Shown here: positions 1 through 11,145 of the stretch, piece after piece
How the letters are laid out: every line of letters begins with the position of its first letter
Position numbering within the stretch: the stretch's first letter is position 1
Source of the DNA: Octopus sinensis
Taxonomy: Eukaryota
NCBI RefSeq assembly: GCF_006345805.1
Contig: NW_021832177.1
Span: 1 to 31,541, forward strand
DNA: 31,541 nt
Direction of reading: 5' to 3'
Position numbers and translations under genes: made by a program
Notes under the pieces: model-generated
Seen by the model: only the letters and a program-made list of their open reading frames with translations
The model's database searches: none
Told to the model about the DNA's origin: nothing

Positions 1-273
1 GTATGTATGTGTGTATGCATGTATGTATTTATGTAGGTAGGTAGGTAGGTAGGTAGGTAGGTAGGTAGTATGTAGGCATATATGCATAAATCATAGATCG
101 GCTGACCGCTCCCTGGGATGAATGAAACGGAAAGCAGTTATTTTTGCCAAATGCTCATGGGGAGTCACAAACGGTTTACAAAGTGTAGTTAAAACTGTAC
201 GTATGTATAGATATATACACATATGAGTGTATTCACGTGTATGTGCAAATATGTAAGCATTGATGCATATAAT

Positions 274-315
<42 letters not shown>

Positions 316-805
316 ATATGCATGCATAAACATATACACACATGTGCACATATTCATATATACAGACATGCATATATGTATGTACATGTTTTTATATACA
401 ATATATATATTGAACTTTTATAGAAGTTCCTACCGTTAATGGTTATATTTACATGCCGAAATCTACCAGTAAATAATTGTTGTTGTTTTTTTTTAAAAAC
501 CATTAAAGATATTATTTACTCTTATTATATTACTATAATATATATATATATATAATATAATATATATATATATATATATAATGTATGTTATGTATGTATG
601 TATGTATTATGTATGTATGTATGTATGTATGTATGTATATGTGTCTCCGCATGATTGTGTGTGTATTTCAACAGACACGCACACACCCATACACATACAA
701 CTATCTAATTGTAATATCTCCTTGATGCACGTGCATATTTGTGAATATATATGAATGTATATATATATATAGACATCTATACCTTATAAGGAAGAAAGCT
801 GCTAT

Positions 806-837
806 AAATCGGCACGAACTTTCCGGACAACCCAATA
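806..837 (+). mobile_element. Isolated mariner-type terminal inverted repeat (element end)
   Basis: aaatcggcacgaactttccggacaacccaata; its reverse complement TATTGGGTTGTCCGGAAAGTT resembles mariner TIRs (TA-TTGGGTTG...). It ends in TA and abuts the transposase fragment. Confidence 0.55.
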
Positions 838-844
838 GTTGGTT

Positions 845-1200
845 ACCAGGCTGCTCGTCGCTGAGGACCATGGGATCAAATTTTGCACACATTTTGTGCA
901 TTCTCAGGTTTTTATGAATATTTCTGTGTACAGTTGCCACACCAAGTTCAAACTGAATGCTTATTGTCTTTATAGAACACGACGGTCATCATCGGGAAAA
1001 CTGCGAATTTTCCCAACCAGCCCTGGTATTCTAACGTCCCCATCTCTCTCAGACCGATCATCGTGTCTTTCCGCCCTACCGCCTTTGAACCTCTTGTGTC
1101 TGTGGAAAGGCTAATCCATGAGCACTTTGGAATATTTTATAAGTTTTTGTAGCGTTTTTGCCCAGTTTAACACAAAACTTTATTGCAACGCGAGCTACAA
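845..1200 (-). pseudogene. Mariner (DD34D-type) transposase, N-terminal HTH region fragment, frameshifted
   Basis: Minus-strand translation gives RVAIKFCVKLGKNATKTYKIFQSAHG and ATVHRNIHKNLRMHKMCAKFDPMVLSDEQ. These match the mariner HTH and the WVPxxL-region pattern; the frame is broken between them. Confidence 0.8.
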
Positions 1201-1346
1201 AACGTCCCGGCTGCATTCTGTAACCTGTTCAACTGTAACCAGCAGTTTTTGGCAGGGTGGGTTCAAAGTGCTGTTACAGCTATCTCCTTCAATCTGGAAT
1301 AACGAAAGTTGGCAGGCCAGCTTATTAAATGCATAATAATGATATA

Positions 1347-1645
1347 ACGATAAACGTCGCCATTTTCAAGCCTAGCCAGGGTCATGGGCCCGGTTTCCTG
1401 GTTTCTGTGGCGTATGTGTTCCCCCCAGCTGGACGAGACGCCAGTCCATCGCAGCGTTACTCAAGAAACAGGAAGAGAGAGTGAGAGAAAGTTGTGGCGA
1501 AAGTGTACAACAGGGGTCGCCCCCCCCCCCTGCTGGAACGTCGTGGAGCTTTAGGTGTTTTCGCTCAATAAACACGCACAACGCCCGGTCTTGGAATCGA
1601 AACCGCGAGTCCGCTGCCCTAAACACTGGGTTATTACGCCTCCAC
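1347..1645 (-). mobile_element. tRNA-derived SINE, family R (Arg-like head), tail variant 1
   Basis: Head tgtggaggcgtaataacccagtgtttagggcagcggactcgcggtttcgattcc, shared with copies at 12528 and 13573. TSD ataataatgatata at 1333-1346 and 1646-1659. Confidence 0.85.
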
Positions 1646-1982
1646 ATAATAATGATATACCAAATTATAATAACCTAGGACAGATATAACTGCTTCTCCT
1701 GAAAAAAGTCTCAAAATGTCAGGAATGCATCACGTACACATAACTGAGGAAAACGGGAACAAATCTCTTATATCCAGGCTAGAGATTTTCTTTTTTAATT
1801 GGCTTAAGTTAGACCAGGCTGTATAACAAGAGATTTGCATAAAAGCCTGGAAATGCTGGGGCAAACAGATTTGCATTGTCCAAATACTATCAGTTAATGG
1901 TAGAGTGAAAAAATGTAAAAACTTCCGTGGAGGTCCCTGGACCGAATGCAAATACACAATTGCATGTACATATGGAAGATGC

Positions 1983-2000
1983 TCACACAGACACAAACAC

Positions 2001-2060
<60 letters not shown>
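1983..2060. repeat. (CA)n microsatellite
   Basis: Direct reading of the sequence. Confidence 0.95.
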
Positions 2061-2064
<4 letters not shown>

Positions 2065-2374
2065 TTGCACACATACGCGCACAAATACACACACACATTA
2101 TATACAGTGATGAAGCACACACATACGCATTTATGTACTAAATTCGAAAGTGACATGCACAGTCACTACATAAATACGCATCTATCCCCCCACATCTATG
2201 TACATGTACACTCATATCTGCACACACTTAGCAATTCCAGATATCTGTATATTCCAAGAACTAATTCGCAAGAGACGTACTGCATTATTAATGTCCAGCT
2301 TAAAGAAGGCTTCAATAAATCCTCAAGAAAAGCCATATATGTTTTATATATATATGTAAAACATAAATGCATCC

Positions 2375-2570
2375 TTCAAAACTTCCATGCTTCCTGAGAT
2401 TCGCTAACGCAACACCTGATTTTCTCTCCTCCATACACACGAAAGCATGTATCTGACTCATACACTGTTCACTTCCCAGACATTTATACATTACTGCATA
2501 TGCTTTATACGCACTTTTGACAAGTTGTGGTGCACCTGAGCATTGTATACAATAATTTCATTATATTATA
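2375..2570 (+). mobile_element. 3' end of a CR1/L2-like LINE (ORF end FKTSMLPEIR*, 3' UTR, ataatttcatta tail)
   Basis: Short coding remnant followed by a UTR ending tgtatacaataatttcattatatta. Recalled as an abundant octopus LINE end; not verified by search. Confidence 0.5.
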
Positions 2571-2794
2571 TGGTTTCTCATTAGATTTAATAAGGACTCT
2601 TTTTCACCTGAGGACGCAGCTTAAATTCTGCATTATTTTAAATGAATTTTTGGCATTTTGCATTAATGCAGGCATGTAAATGATTTATTCATAATTTAAT
2701 ATAATAATACAAATTATTTACATGTCTTTAAGTTACGAAACAATTTCTCTTATTGTTAAATAAAATTTCATCAAACTATTTCTCTGTCATTTGT

Positions 2795-2799
<5 letters not shown>

Positions 2800-2849
<50 letters not shown>
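2800..2849. repeat. (TA)n microsatellite
   Basis: Direct reading of the sequence. Confidence 0.95.
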
Positions 2850-2850
<1 letters not shown>

Positions 2851-3222
2851 GAAAGAAGGTTTGAAAATGCAATTTAAAAGATGTTTATTTACTTAACCGG
2901 TTTCACTCTTTGGAAAAATTGTCAAAAGTAACATGTGGAAGTTTGGTTGCGTTAATTATTGGTTGTTGCAAATTGCTACATTACATATATATATATACCA
3001 GTCTTTGGTAACAGGGACATGTTAAGGACATAAAAAAATACAACAGTATGTTGAGAATATAAAGAGGTTTAACAAGCTCATTGAAAAAATGGGCAGAAAA
3101 GATTAAAACAAATATATTATACATCTCAGGGTAATTTCCAGGAGGAATTATTCAAAAAAGTTCAGTACAGAATATTATGAATTCAAAAAGATTTAATAAA
3201 AGATTTAATATATATATATATA

Positions 3223-3555
3223 GGCGTATGGCTCAGTGGTTAGAGCGTCGAGCTTACGATCGTGAGGTTGTGAGCTCGAATCCCGGACCGGGCTGCGTGT
3301 TGTGTTCTTGAGCAAGGCACTTTATTTCACGTTGCTCCAGTCCACTCAGCTGTAGAAATGAGTTGCGACGTCACTGGTGCCAAGCTGTATAGGCCTTTGC
3401 CTTTCCCTTGGATAACACTAGTGGCGTGGAGAGAGGAGGCTGGTATGCATGGGCGACTGCTTGGTCTTCCATAAACAACCTCGCCCGGACTTGTGTCTTG
3501 GAGGTAACTTTCTAGGTGCAATCCCATGGTCTGTGTCGTGACCGAAGGGGGTCTC
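3223..3555 (+). mobile_element. tRNA-derived SINE with CORE-like central domain (OR-type octopus SINE candidate)
   Basis: Pol III A box tggctcagtgg (3229-3239) and B box gctcgaatcc (3274-3283), then a CORE-like segment gtgttcttgagcaaggcactttatttcacgttgctccagtccactcagctg. Followed by a (TA)n run. Confidence 0.8.
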
Positions 3556-3615
<60 letters not shown>

Positions 3616-3640
3616 CACATAATATATAAATATACATAGG

Positions 3641-3715
3641 TACAGGCCGTGGCTGTGTGGTAAAAAGTTTGCTTCTCAACCACATTGTTTCGGTTTCAGA
3701 AGCCCGTCGTGTATG
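3641..3715 (+). mobile_element. Family A SINE head with large internal deletion
   Basis: ggctgtgtggtaaaaagtttgcttctcaaccacattg is joined directly to agaagcccgtcg, which lies ~90 nt further on in intact copies. Confidence 0.65.
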
Positions 3716-3762
3716 TGTGTATGTATGTATATATATATATAATATATATATATATATATTAT

Positions 3763-4961
3763 ATATGTTAATAAAATAGAACATATGCATATATATAAAC
3801 ATATATGTACGTACCTACCTCTACATGTACATATACACGCAATATATGTGTACAGGACACCAAAAAGACGTCGAACACATAGAGAGACGAAAAACATAGA
3901 CACAAACCAAGGAACAGGACAAGCAAAAAAGAAAAAAAGAGATACAGGACAATAAGCACAACGAAAAATCCCTCTTCAGTCGCTAAGGTTTCATCTACTC
4001 TACGTTTCGAAGGATAAAAGCGAGACTATACTTCGAAGAAACTTCCTTCCTGCGAAAAGCAAATCAATTAAAATTCTCTGATCTTTTCGCAGAGGGGATA
4101 AAATGTAAAAAAAGCAAGACGGTAACGACAGTACAAACATATAAACAGTAAAAAAAAAAATTATATATAAACAGTTGAAAAATAAATATATAACAGTGAG
4201 AGACAGGACAAGGAGAACAAGATAAGAAGGGCTGTTTACGCCAGACGAAAAGTATGCAAACGCTGGATTATAGTGGACGACGAGAGAGAAAGAATGTCGA
4301 CCAGTGGCCTTAGAAGGCGGGCGAGAAAAGACAGGATAGCAGTTACGACGGAAGTATCGTCGCAGATGGACGACGGGATGGGGGAGGAGGAGCAAGAGCA
4401 AGAGAGAAGAAGGGGAATGGTGCGAGGAGACCATGAAGAATGGTGAGGGGGAGAGAGAGAATGAAGAATGAGAGAGAGAGAGGAAGAGACAAGTTAAGTG
4501 AGGGAAAAAGGACGAAAAAGGGAATGGGAGAGAAAGAAAGAAAGATGCAGAGTCGCGTGAGAGTTAATATCAAGGCTAACTTGATAAACAGAACAATCTT
4601 ACTTAATAGGGTGCGTGCGTTTAGTCGTATAATATGTTAATAAAATAGAACATATGCATATATTAAAACATATATGTACGTACCTACCTCTACATGTACA
4701 TATACACGCATATATGTGTACAGACACCAAAAAGACGTCGAACACATAGAGAGACGAAAAACATAGACACAAACCAAGGAACAGGACAAGCAAAAAAGAA
4801 AAAAAGAGATACAGGACAATAAGCACAACGAAAAATCCCCTTCTTCAGTCGCTAAGGTTTCATCTACTCTACGTTTCGAAGGATAAAAGCGAGACGTATA
4901 CTTCAAAGAAACTTCCTTCCTGCGAAAAGCAAATCAATTAAAATTCTGAGATCTTTTCGCA
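3763..4961 (-). mobile_element. Penelope-like unit: two ~330 bp direct repeats (3763-4091, 4632-4961) around a 540 bp interior with degenerate PLE ORF remnant
   Basis: Near-identical direct repeats seen directly. The interior translates on the minus strand as HLRRYFRRNCYPVF...RHSFSLVVHYNPAF, resembling the PLE post-RT region (F..RGYP...RIPLVLTYHP). The repeats carry GAAACGTA and CTGAAGA motifs. Confidence 0.6.
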
Positions 4962-4964
4962 ATA

Positions 4965-5329
4965 TATTACATTGGTTAGAAAGCTCTTGGACAAGTCATT
5001 GTTGCAAGTCATTGAAACCGATCCAATGCACCCACCGTAATCTCCTGACCTTGCCCCTTCTGACTACCACTTGTTCTCTGCCTTGCAACGCGCGATTGGC
5101 GATACAGAGTTCGAAAACGAAGGAGATGCGAAATCGTTCCTTTACGACTTTATTGATTCAAAGCCACGCAATTTTTGGATGAAAGGATTCAAAACTTTGC
5201 CTGAAAGATGGCAAAGGGTGAACGATAACGAGGGAGATTACCTTTTGGATCGATTGTTCTTTGTTGTTTTTTAATTGTTAATAAAGTGATATGTTAAAAG
5301 TGTCCAAGAACTTTTTTACCCAACTGATA
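4965..5329 (+). mobile_element. Internally deleted mariner element with both TIRs and transposase C-terminus
   Basis: HPP*SPDLAPSDYHLFSALQ...LPERWQRVNDNEGDY (the YSPDLAPSD motif, Tyr mutated to TAA at 5038-5040). Imperfect TIRs tattacattggttagaaagctcttggaca / tgtccaagaacttttttacccaactgata with TA ends. Confidence 0.9.
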
Positions 5330-5344
5330 CACACACACACACAT

Positions 5345-5563
5345 GTGTTTATCTCTATGTTTGCCCTCGCCGCCATCGCTTGACATCCGTTGTTGGTGTA
5401 TTTACGTCCCCGTAAGCTAATGGTTCGGCAAAAGTGACCGATAGATTAAGTACTAGGCTTACAAAGAATAAGTCCTGGGGTCGATTTGTTCGACTAAGGG
5501 CGGTGTTCCAGCATGACCGCAGTCAGATGACTGAAACAAGCAAAAGATAAAAGACTAAAAGAA
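5345..5563 (+). mobile_element. Family A SINE, 3' half
   Basis: Matches the 3' half of the full copies; ends in cagcatgaccgcagtcagatgactgaaacaagc plus an (AAAAG)-type tail. Confidence 0.85.
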
Positions 5564-5815
5564 TATACATACCATAAAAGGCGGGAGGCATGAGAGGTGC
5601 ATATATATTTCAATGCTCATACAAACTGACTTTCATGTTTTCTATACTTCTCATGAAATAATTTCACCAATCAGATCTTCTGAATTTCAGCTGCATCGAC
5701 ATTCTACATTACACTTCTCTGTATTGGATTACTATGTAGACTGTTAGCCGAGTCCGTAAGAACTGCTTTCTGTGATAAGATACAATTCTCTGAATCCATA
5801 TCTTATGCTACAAAT

Positions 5816-5846
5816 GAATGAATGAATGAATGAATGAATATGAATG

Positions 5847-5880
<34 letters not shown>

Positions 5881-6100
5881 TGTATGTATGTATGTATGTA
5901 TGAATGAATGTATGTATGTATGTATGTATGAATGAATGTATGTATCTATGCATGTATATATAAGTGTATGTATGTATGTATGTGTATATATATATACATG
6001 TACATATAAATGCACAAGTGCACGTACATATGCTCGTGCTTATGTATGTATATGTAAATGTATATGCATGTGCGTATGTATGTGTACACACACACACACA
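5816..6100. repeat. Compound (GAAT)n/(GTAT)n/(TA/CA) simple repeats
   Basis: Direct reading of the sequence. Confidence 0.9.
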
Positions 6101-6174
6101 TGTATATAGGATACTTTTCCCTCTATTTTTTAAATACAAACATACACACATACATGTATAAAAAATTTGACTCT

Positions 6175-6650
6175 AAGTATTATTTGGTTCTGCAATATTC
6201 GTTTTTATTGTGCATTTGTAAACAATATCTTTGGCGACGAAGTTAGACTTTATTGAAAATATATTGGTTTATTTTTACAGTTACCCTAAATACTGGTTGA
6301 ATTACTGGATGGTTTATTGATTTTAAATGTAATGGACGTGGCAAGTACATTGGTAAAGTTTGGTGCTGTGGATATGAGAGAATAGTTGTGTTTGTGCTTT
6401 CATTAAAAATTCGGCGAGACTTTATGTTGTAGCTGGAAGTGCTGATTTATTTTTTTTTTGTTCAATAATCTAAAAAATATCTTTGCTGTTGGTGTTTCGA
6501 CGTCTATGATGGAGGTGGATTAAATTCTGTTAGGATTCGTATTCTTGTGTTATTATTATTCCTGGTTGTAGATATTGATTTTCTTTGATATTTTATATTA
6601 TCGGTGAATCCAGTTTTGGACAGAATCCAATTAGAATAAGTGGTCGTTTT
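6175..6650 (-). pseudogene. Penelope-like element ORF fragment (post-RT linker to start of GIY-YIG endonuclease)
   Basis: Frameshifted translation gives SKTGFTDNIKYQ...RIRILTEFNPPPS, NQHFQLQHK.RRIFNEST and GNCKNKP...KDIVYKCTIK. This matches the PLE pattern IIWFNPP...KHFP..H..KIFN...CNC...IVYK. Confidence 0.75.
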
Positions 6651-6711
6651 TTTTTTTTAATGTTTCTTTAATTGCAAAAAGTTTTGGTAGTTTAAAAGAC
6701 GCGTTTTCGAC

Positions 6712-6885
6712 TATTCTCTTTCATCTCTTAACTTGCTTCAATCATTGGACTGCGGCCATGCAAGGGCACCGACTTGAAGGGTTTTAGTCGAAAGGATCGC
6801 TAAGAGTGGTACTTAGTATATTGTTCCCTTTTACCAAACTGTTAAGTTATGGGGACGTAAAAAGACCAACACCGATTGAGAAGCT
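6712..6885 (-). mobile_element. Diverged family A-type SINE 3' half
   Basis: acttgcttcaatcattggactgcggccatgc...taagttatggggacgtaaa aligns to the reverse complement of the family A tail. Confidence 0.7.
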
Positions 6886-7354
6886 GTGGGGAGAAGATTA
6901 GCACAGACTCAAAGGGACAGACTTATATCTGTATGTCTGTGTATATGTATATATATATGTATGTGTTTGTCTGCGTGCGCGCGTACGTGCGTATATATAC
7001 ATACATTCATTCATTCATTCATACATACATACATACATACATTCATACATACATACATACATACGTACATACATACATACATAATACATACATACATACA
7101 TACATATATACATACAGATATACATACATAGATAAAACATACTACCCCAAATCATTGTTAGAGTTTCTACATAAGTGCAGTTTGGAGCGGTTAGTTTGCA
7201 TGAACATCGAATCGTATAAGTTGCAATAATGAAGTCACACTAAAGAGTGACCTTTTGAAATTATTTAATATGCACATATCAGGTCTGCATAATACAATAA
7301 GAATTGCGTCCACTACGTAAGACCTTCCTCAGTTAAAACAATATATCTATGTGC

Positions 7355-7384
<30 letters not shown>

Positions 7385-7387
<3 letters not shown>

Positions 7388-7480
7388 GCCCGGGGCTATA
7401 GTTGAAAACGCTTTCCCAAGTTGCCATGCAGGAGGCGTGAACCTGAAACTAAGTGGATGCAAAGCAAGTTTCTTAACCAT
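7385..7480 (-). mobile_element. Diverged family A-type SINE 5' half
   Basis: ggggctatagttgaaaacgctttcccaagttgccatgcag...gcaagtttcttaacca aligns to the reverse complement of the family A head. Confidence 0.6.
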
Positions 7481-8514
7481 TTTGTTTGAGTCACTTAGAG
7501 TTTCATTTTGCTTGTGGCACAGATAAAATAGTAAAGTATTCAAATTTGGAATAATGTCAGAAAAATTTGTTGCTGGAATGTTATGTTCAAGTACGGAATG
7601 TTATGTTAAGTACGGATCCAAATCCTTTGCCATTCAGTCTGTCATTTTTGAATTGAACTTGTTAAAACGAAAGGTTATCGTCTAGATTAGAGACCCCCAA
7701 TCATACGGGACTTTGCTTTTAACTTTGGTAGGAGGATTAAACCCCTCCATATCGCTAATCTCAGATGTGCCTGGAGCAACCGTACTAACATCGAATAACA
7801 CAAGTACAATCTTTTTAGTTATACAGAATTATCGTACGGAAAGGTTGTTTGCTGAGCGTGTATCAATATTTCAATTTCTTTTTATTTCAATTGTCCTAGT
7901 AATATTTTAGTTTAGTTTATAATCATCCATAGAGTAATATATACGTTGAAATAAGCAATACGCTTGAATGTCAAACTACAGGAAGTTGCGCCGCTCCTTT
8001 CTGGGAGTCTATTAAAACCGACATGTTACTGTGTTGCTCTTCCAAAGTTGCTCTTCCAAATTTCGTATTCATTAAACTGTGAAATTATTCTAATAGTTTC
8101 AATATGTTTTTTCTTTTGGTGATGGCGGTGGCGGCGGCGGTGGTGGTGGAGGGGAGCACTTAAGCGAACAGAATGGCTTCTGTTCGAAGTCGTGTTTATG
8201 GTCTTTGAAAGAAAAGTATGGTAATTTCACTTTGTCTGATTTGCAATATTTAATTTACATGGTATTTTTAATCTTTCGTTGTTCATCTTGGTGAAATGTC
8301 CTTCATTCTATTTTTATATTATTTCTGACAGAATTCACAATGTGTCTGAGTTACAATTATGAATAACGTATAAGCTTTTCTCTAGTCAATATGGAGGCAT
8401 AATTGGGTATAAACTTTTATGTCACGCATACTTTTCAATTTATTCCCGCTGGAAATCATGACTATTGTTTCTAAATTTTATACTTTAGTTAACATGCAAC
8501 GGTAACCAACGAAC

Positions 8515-8770
8515 TGTTGTTGTTGTTAAGCAACAAGACGGGTAAAGGTGATTAGGTGATGGTCTAGGGCTTAGGAGCGGGAGACCCCAGACCTTGGAAA
8601 AAAAAAACTTGTAGTCGAGGGCTCTTCGTTGACACCCGACACCACTGGGAGGTGGGCCTCGAAGTCCAAATTCTTGGACGGCAACCCCACGAATTGTTGG
8701 AGCAAGGTGGCCACGATTGGATTTGAACCCAGAATCGTTTTTCTTCGATAGATTGTTATCTTAGCCGTTA
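8515..8770 (-). mobile_element. Candidate tRNA-derived SINE of a further family
   Basis: Perfect B box GGTTCAAATCC (8719-8729, minus strand), unique body, (AAC)n tail. No clear A box. Confidence 0.4.
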
Positions 8771-9039
8771 AAAATAGAATGTTATCCATTGTATTCTCCG
8801 AATAAAGATGTCTTCAGTGCAACGCTTTTTAAGTAGTCGTTTGTTTTTTATTCGTCTGGCGATGTTTTATACATATATACATAGATATACACATACATAC
8901 CTATGTGTATGTATGTATGTATGTATGTATGTATGTATGTATGTATGTGTGTGTGTGTGTGTTGTGTGTGTGTGTATGTTGTTGATATGGGTCTCCTCTC
9001 TGTGTGTGTGTATGTGTGTGTGTGTTTATCAACTTTGCT

Positions 9040-9152
9040 TTTCATCCTTCGGAGGTGTCGATATAATAATTACCAGTCTACAAATACTGCGATCGATAAA
9101 ATCGATTATGCTATTGAATCTGGTGGTCCAGCATGGCAACAGACCAATGACT
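9040..9152 (+). mobile_element. Degenerate SINE 3' part (B-type central domain plus A-type tail)
   Basis: tttcatccttcggaggtgtcgat followed by ccagcatggcaacagaccaatgactgaaatcagtaa. Confidence 0.55.
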
Positions 9153-9159
9153 GAAATCA

Positions 9160-9321
9160 GTAACACACACACACACACACACACACTCACACATACACAC
9201 ATACACACACACACACTCATATATATATATATGTGCGTATGTGTGTGTATATATATGTATTTATGCACACACAGACGCACACACACACACACACACATAC
9301 AAACACGCGCGCACGCACACA

Positions 9322-9375
<54 letters not shown>

Positions 9376-9510
9376 GTGCGTGTGTGTGTGTATATATATG
9401 TATTTATGCACACACAGACGCACACACACACACACACACATACAACACGCGCACACACACACACACCACACACACACACACACAAACACACACACATATA
9501 TATATATATG
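9160..9510. repeat. Compound (CA)/(TA) microsatellite with ~145 bp tandem duplication
   Basis: The unit atatatgtgcgt...gtatttatgcacacacagacgc occurs twice. Confidence 0.85.
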
Positions 9511-10901
9511 CAAAATAGAGAGACAGGAAGAAAAAAACAAATAAGGCAGCTGTGTGTATGAATGCATGTGTGCGCGCGCGCGCGTGTAATTACAGGTGTG
9601 GTTGAAAGAATTTGTGTTGCCGTGAAGATTTCAGCGAGAATCGATACACTGATCCTTCGGTTGCGTATCATGCTTGTACCTTCTCGCTCACTGCTCTTTC
9701 TTTGCCTCTTCTGTTATCTATCGAATAATTTCATTACGGACATACCGCTTTTATTCACACACACACACACACACACGCACTTATATATATATGTAGGTAT
9801 ACAGACATATACATACATGTATATATATGTGTGTGTGTTTGTGTGTGTGTGTGTATGCATGTATGCAGGGCACTCATACGCTCACACATACATGGATATA
9901 CATATACATATATTCATATATATATATATAAATACAGGTATACATTCGCATATATATACATATATATAACACGCACACACGCATATATATATATATATGT
10001 ATGCACATGTATATATGTATATACATGTACATAAGTGTATATGTACAGAACATAAAATATATAGCTGTAAATATATGTGTATATAAGTGTATCTATTTAT
10101 CTATCTGTCTATCTATCTATCTATCTATCTTTCTATCTATCTATCTATCTTTCTATCTATCTATCTATAGTGTGGCCCCAGCCTTAAGGCTGAAACGTAT
10201 AAAAGAATAAAAGAATATATATATGCATATATATATACATACATATATATATGTGTGTATGTATGTATATATGTATTTATATATATATACACACACATAC
10301 GTGCATACATAGGTATAATCATATAAGTATATGTAAATATGTGTTTGCATATATCTGTCTAACAACTGCACGCACACGCGCACACACACACACGTACACA
10401 CACATACACAACACTCATATATAAATATAGTTTCTACGTGATTGCACATGCAGGCTTTAATTCATTCGCGCATAATGCCGTGCTATGCTCTCCTCTGCTC
10501 TTCCCAGCCGTTCTTCGCTGTGTTGCTCAGTTCCCTCTCTTGCTCTTTTATATTTCATTTTCTATAATTACAAATGCATTAAGCACGTAGTTTGCTTCGT
10601 AATCGATAGAAAGACTGGAGTTTATCGATAGTCATTGATTGCAAAAACGGATCAACAGCACAGGCAGCAGATATAGAGCAACGTTTATGAAAGCTGGTAA
10701 GCCATTATGCATGATTAACTCGGGCTGATTCTCCGCGTTTTCGGTGTCTGCAATGATAACTTCACGTTTTTGTACAATAAGCATGAGTAAAACACTAGGC
10801 AACGAGAGCCTGTAGGTGGTCTCTAGGTGGTCCTGTAAAAATTCGCAATCAGTTCTAAGATCAAAGTACAAAATTAACAGTCGCAGATCAAGCTGTGTGG
10901 T

Positions 10902-11145
10902 AAGGCGGCGAGCTGGTAGAAACGTTAGCACGCCGGGCGAAATGCTTAGAGGTATTTGGTCTACCGCTACGTTCTGAGTTCAAATTCCGCCGAGGTCGAC
11001 TTTGCCTTTCATCCTTTCAGGGTTGATAAATTAAGTATCAGTTACGCACTGGGGTCGATGTAATCGACTTAATCCGTTTGTCTGTCCTTGTTTATCCCCT
11101 CTATGTTTATCCCCTTGTGGGCAATAAAAAAAATAAGACAATAAG
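10902..11145 (+). mobile_element. Family B SINE monomer, inserted into a family A SINE head
   Basis: aaggcggcgagctgg head, gttcaaattcc B box, gactttgcctttcatcctttc central domain. The flanks gctgtgtggtaag and aagcttgcttcccaacc rejoin into a family A head. Confidence 0.85.

Noticed and set aside
91-200. Possible Tc1/DD37D C-terminal remnant ending in ACTGTA
   Set aside because: Similarity (WDE...LQSVVK) is too short and weak to support a call.
3223-3295. tRNA gene
   Set aside because: A/B boxes are present but there is no proper acceptor stem, and the sequence continues into a SINE body. The same applies to the heads at 12840-12910 and 13573-13640.
8795-8830. Minus-strand CTGAAGA...GAATAC as a hammerhead
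   Set aside because: The GAAA and stem II are not intact; it cannot be folded into the consensus.
10632-10931. 99-aa ORF as a stand-alone gene
   Set aside because: It starts inside a SINE and has no recognisable family; only the internal acceptor is kept as a weak exon lead.
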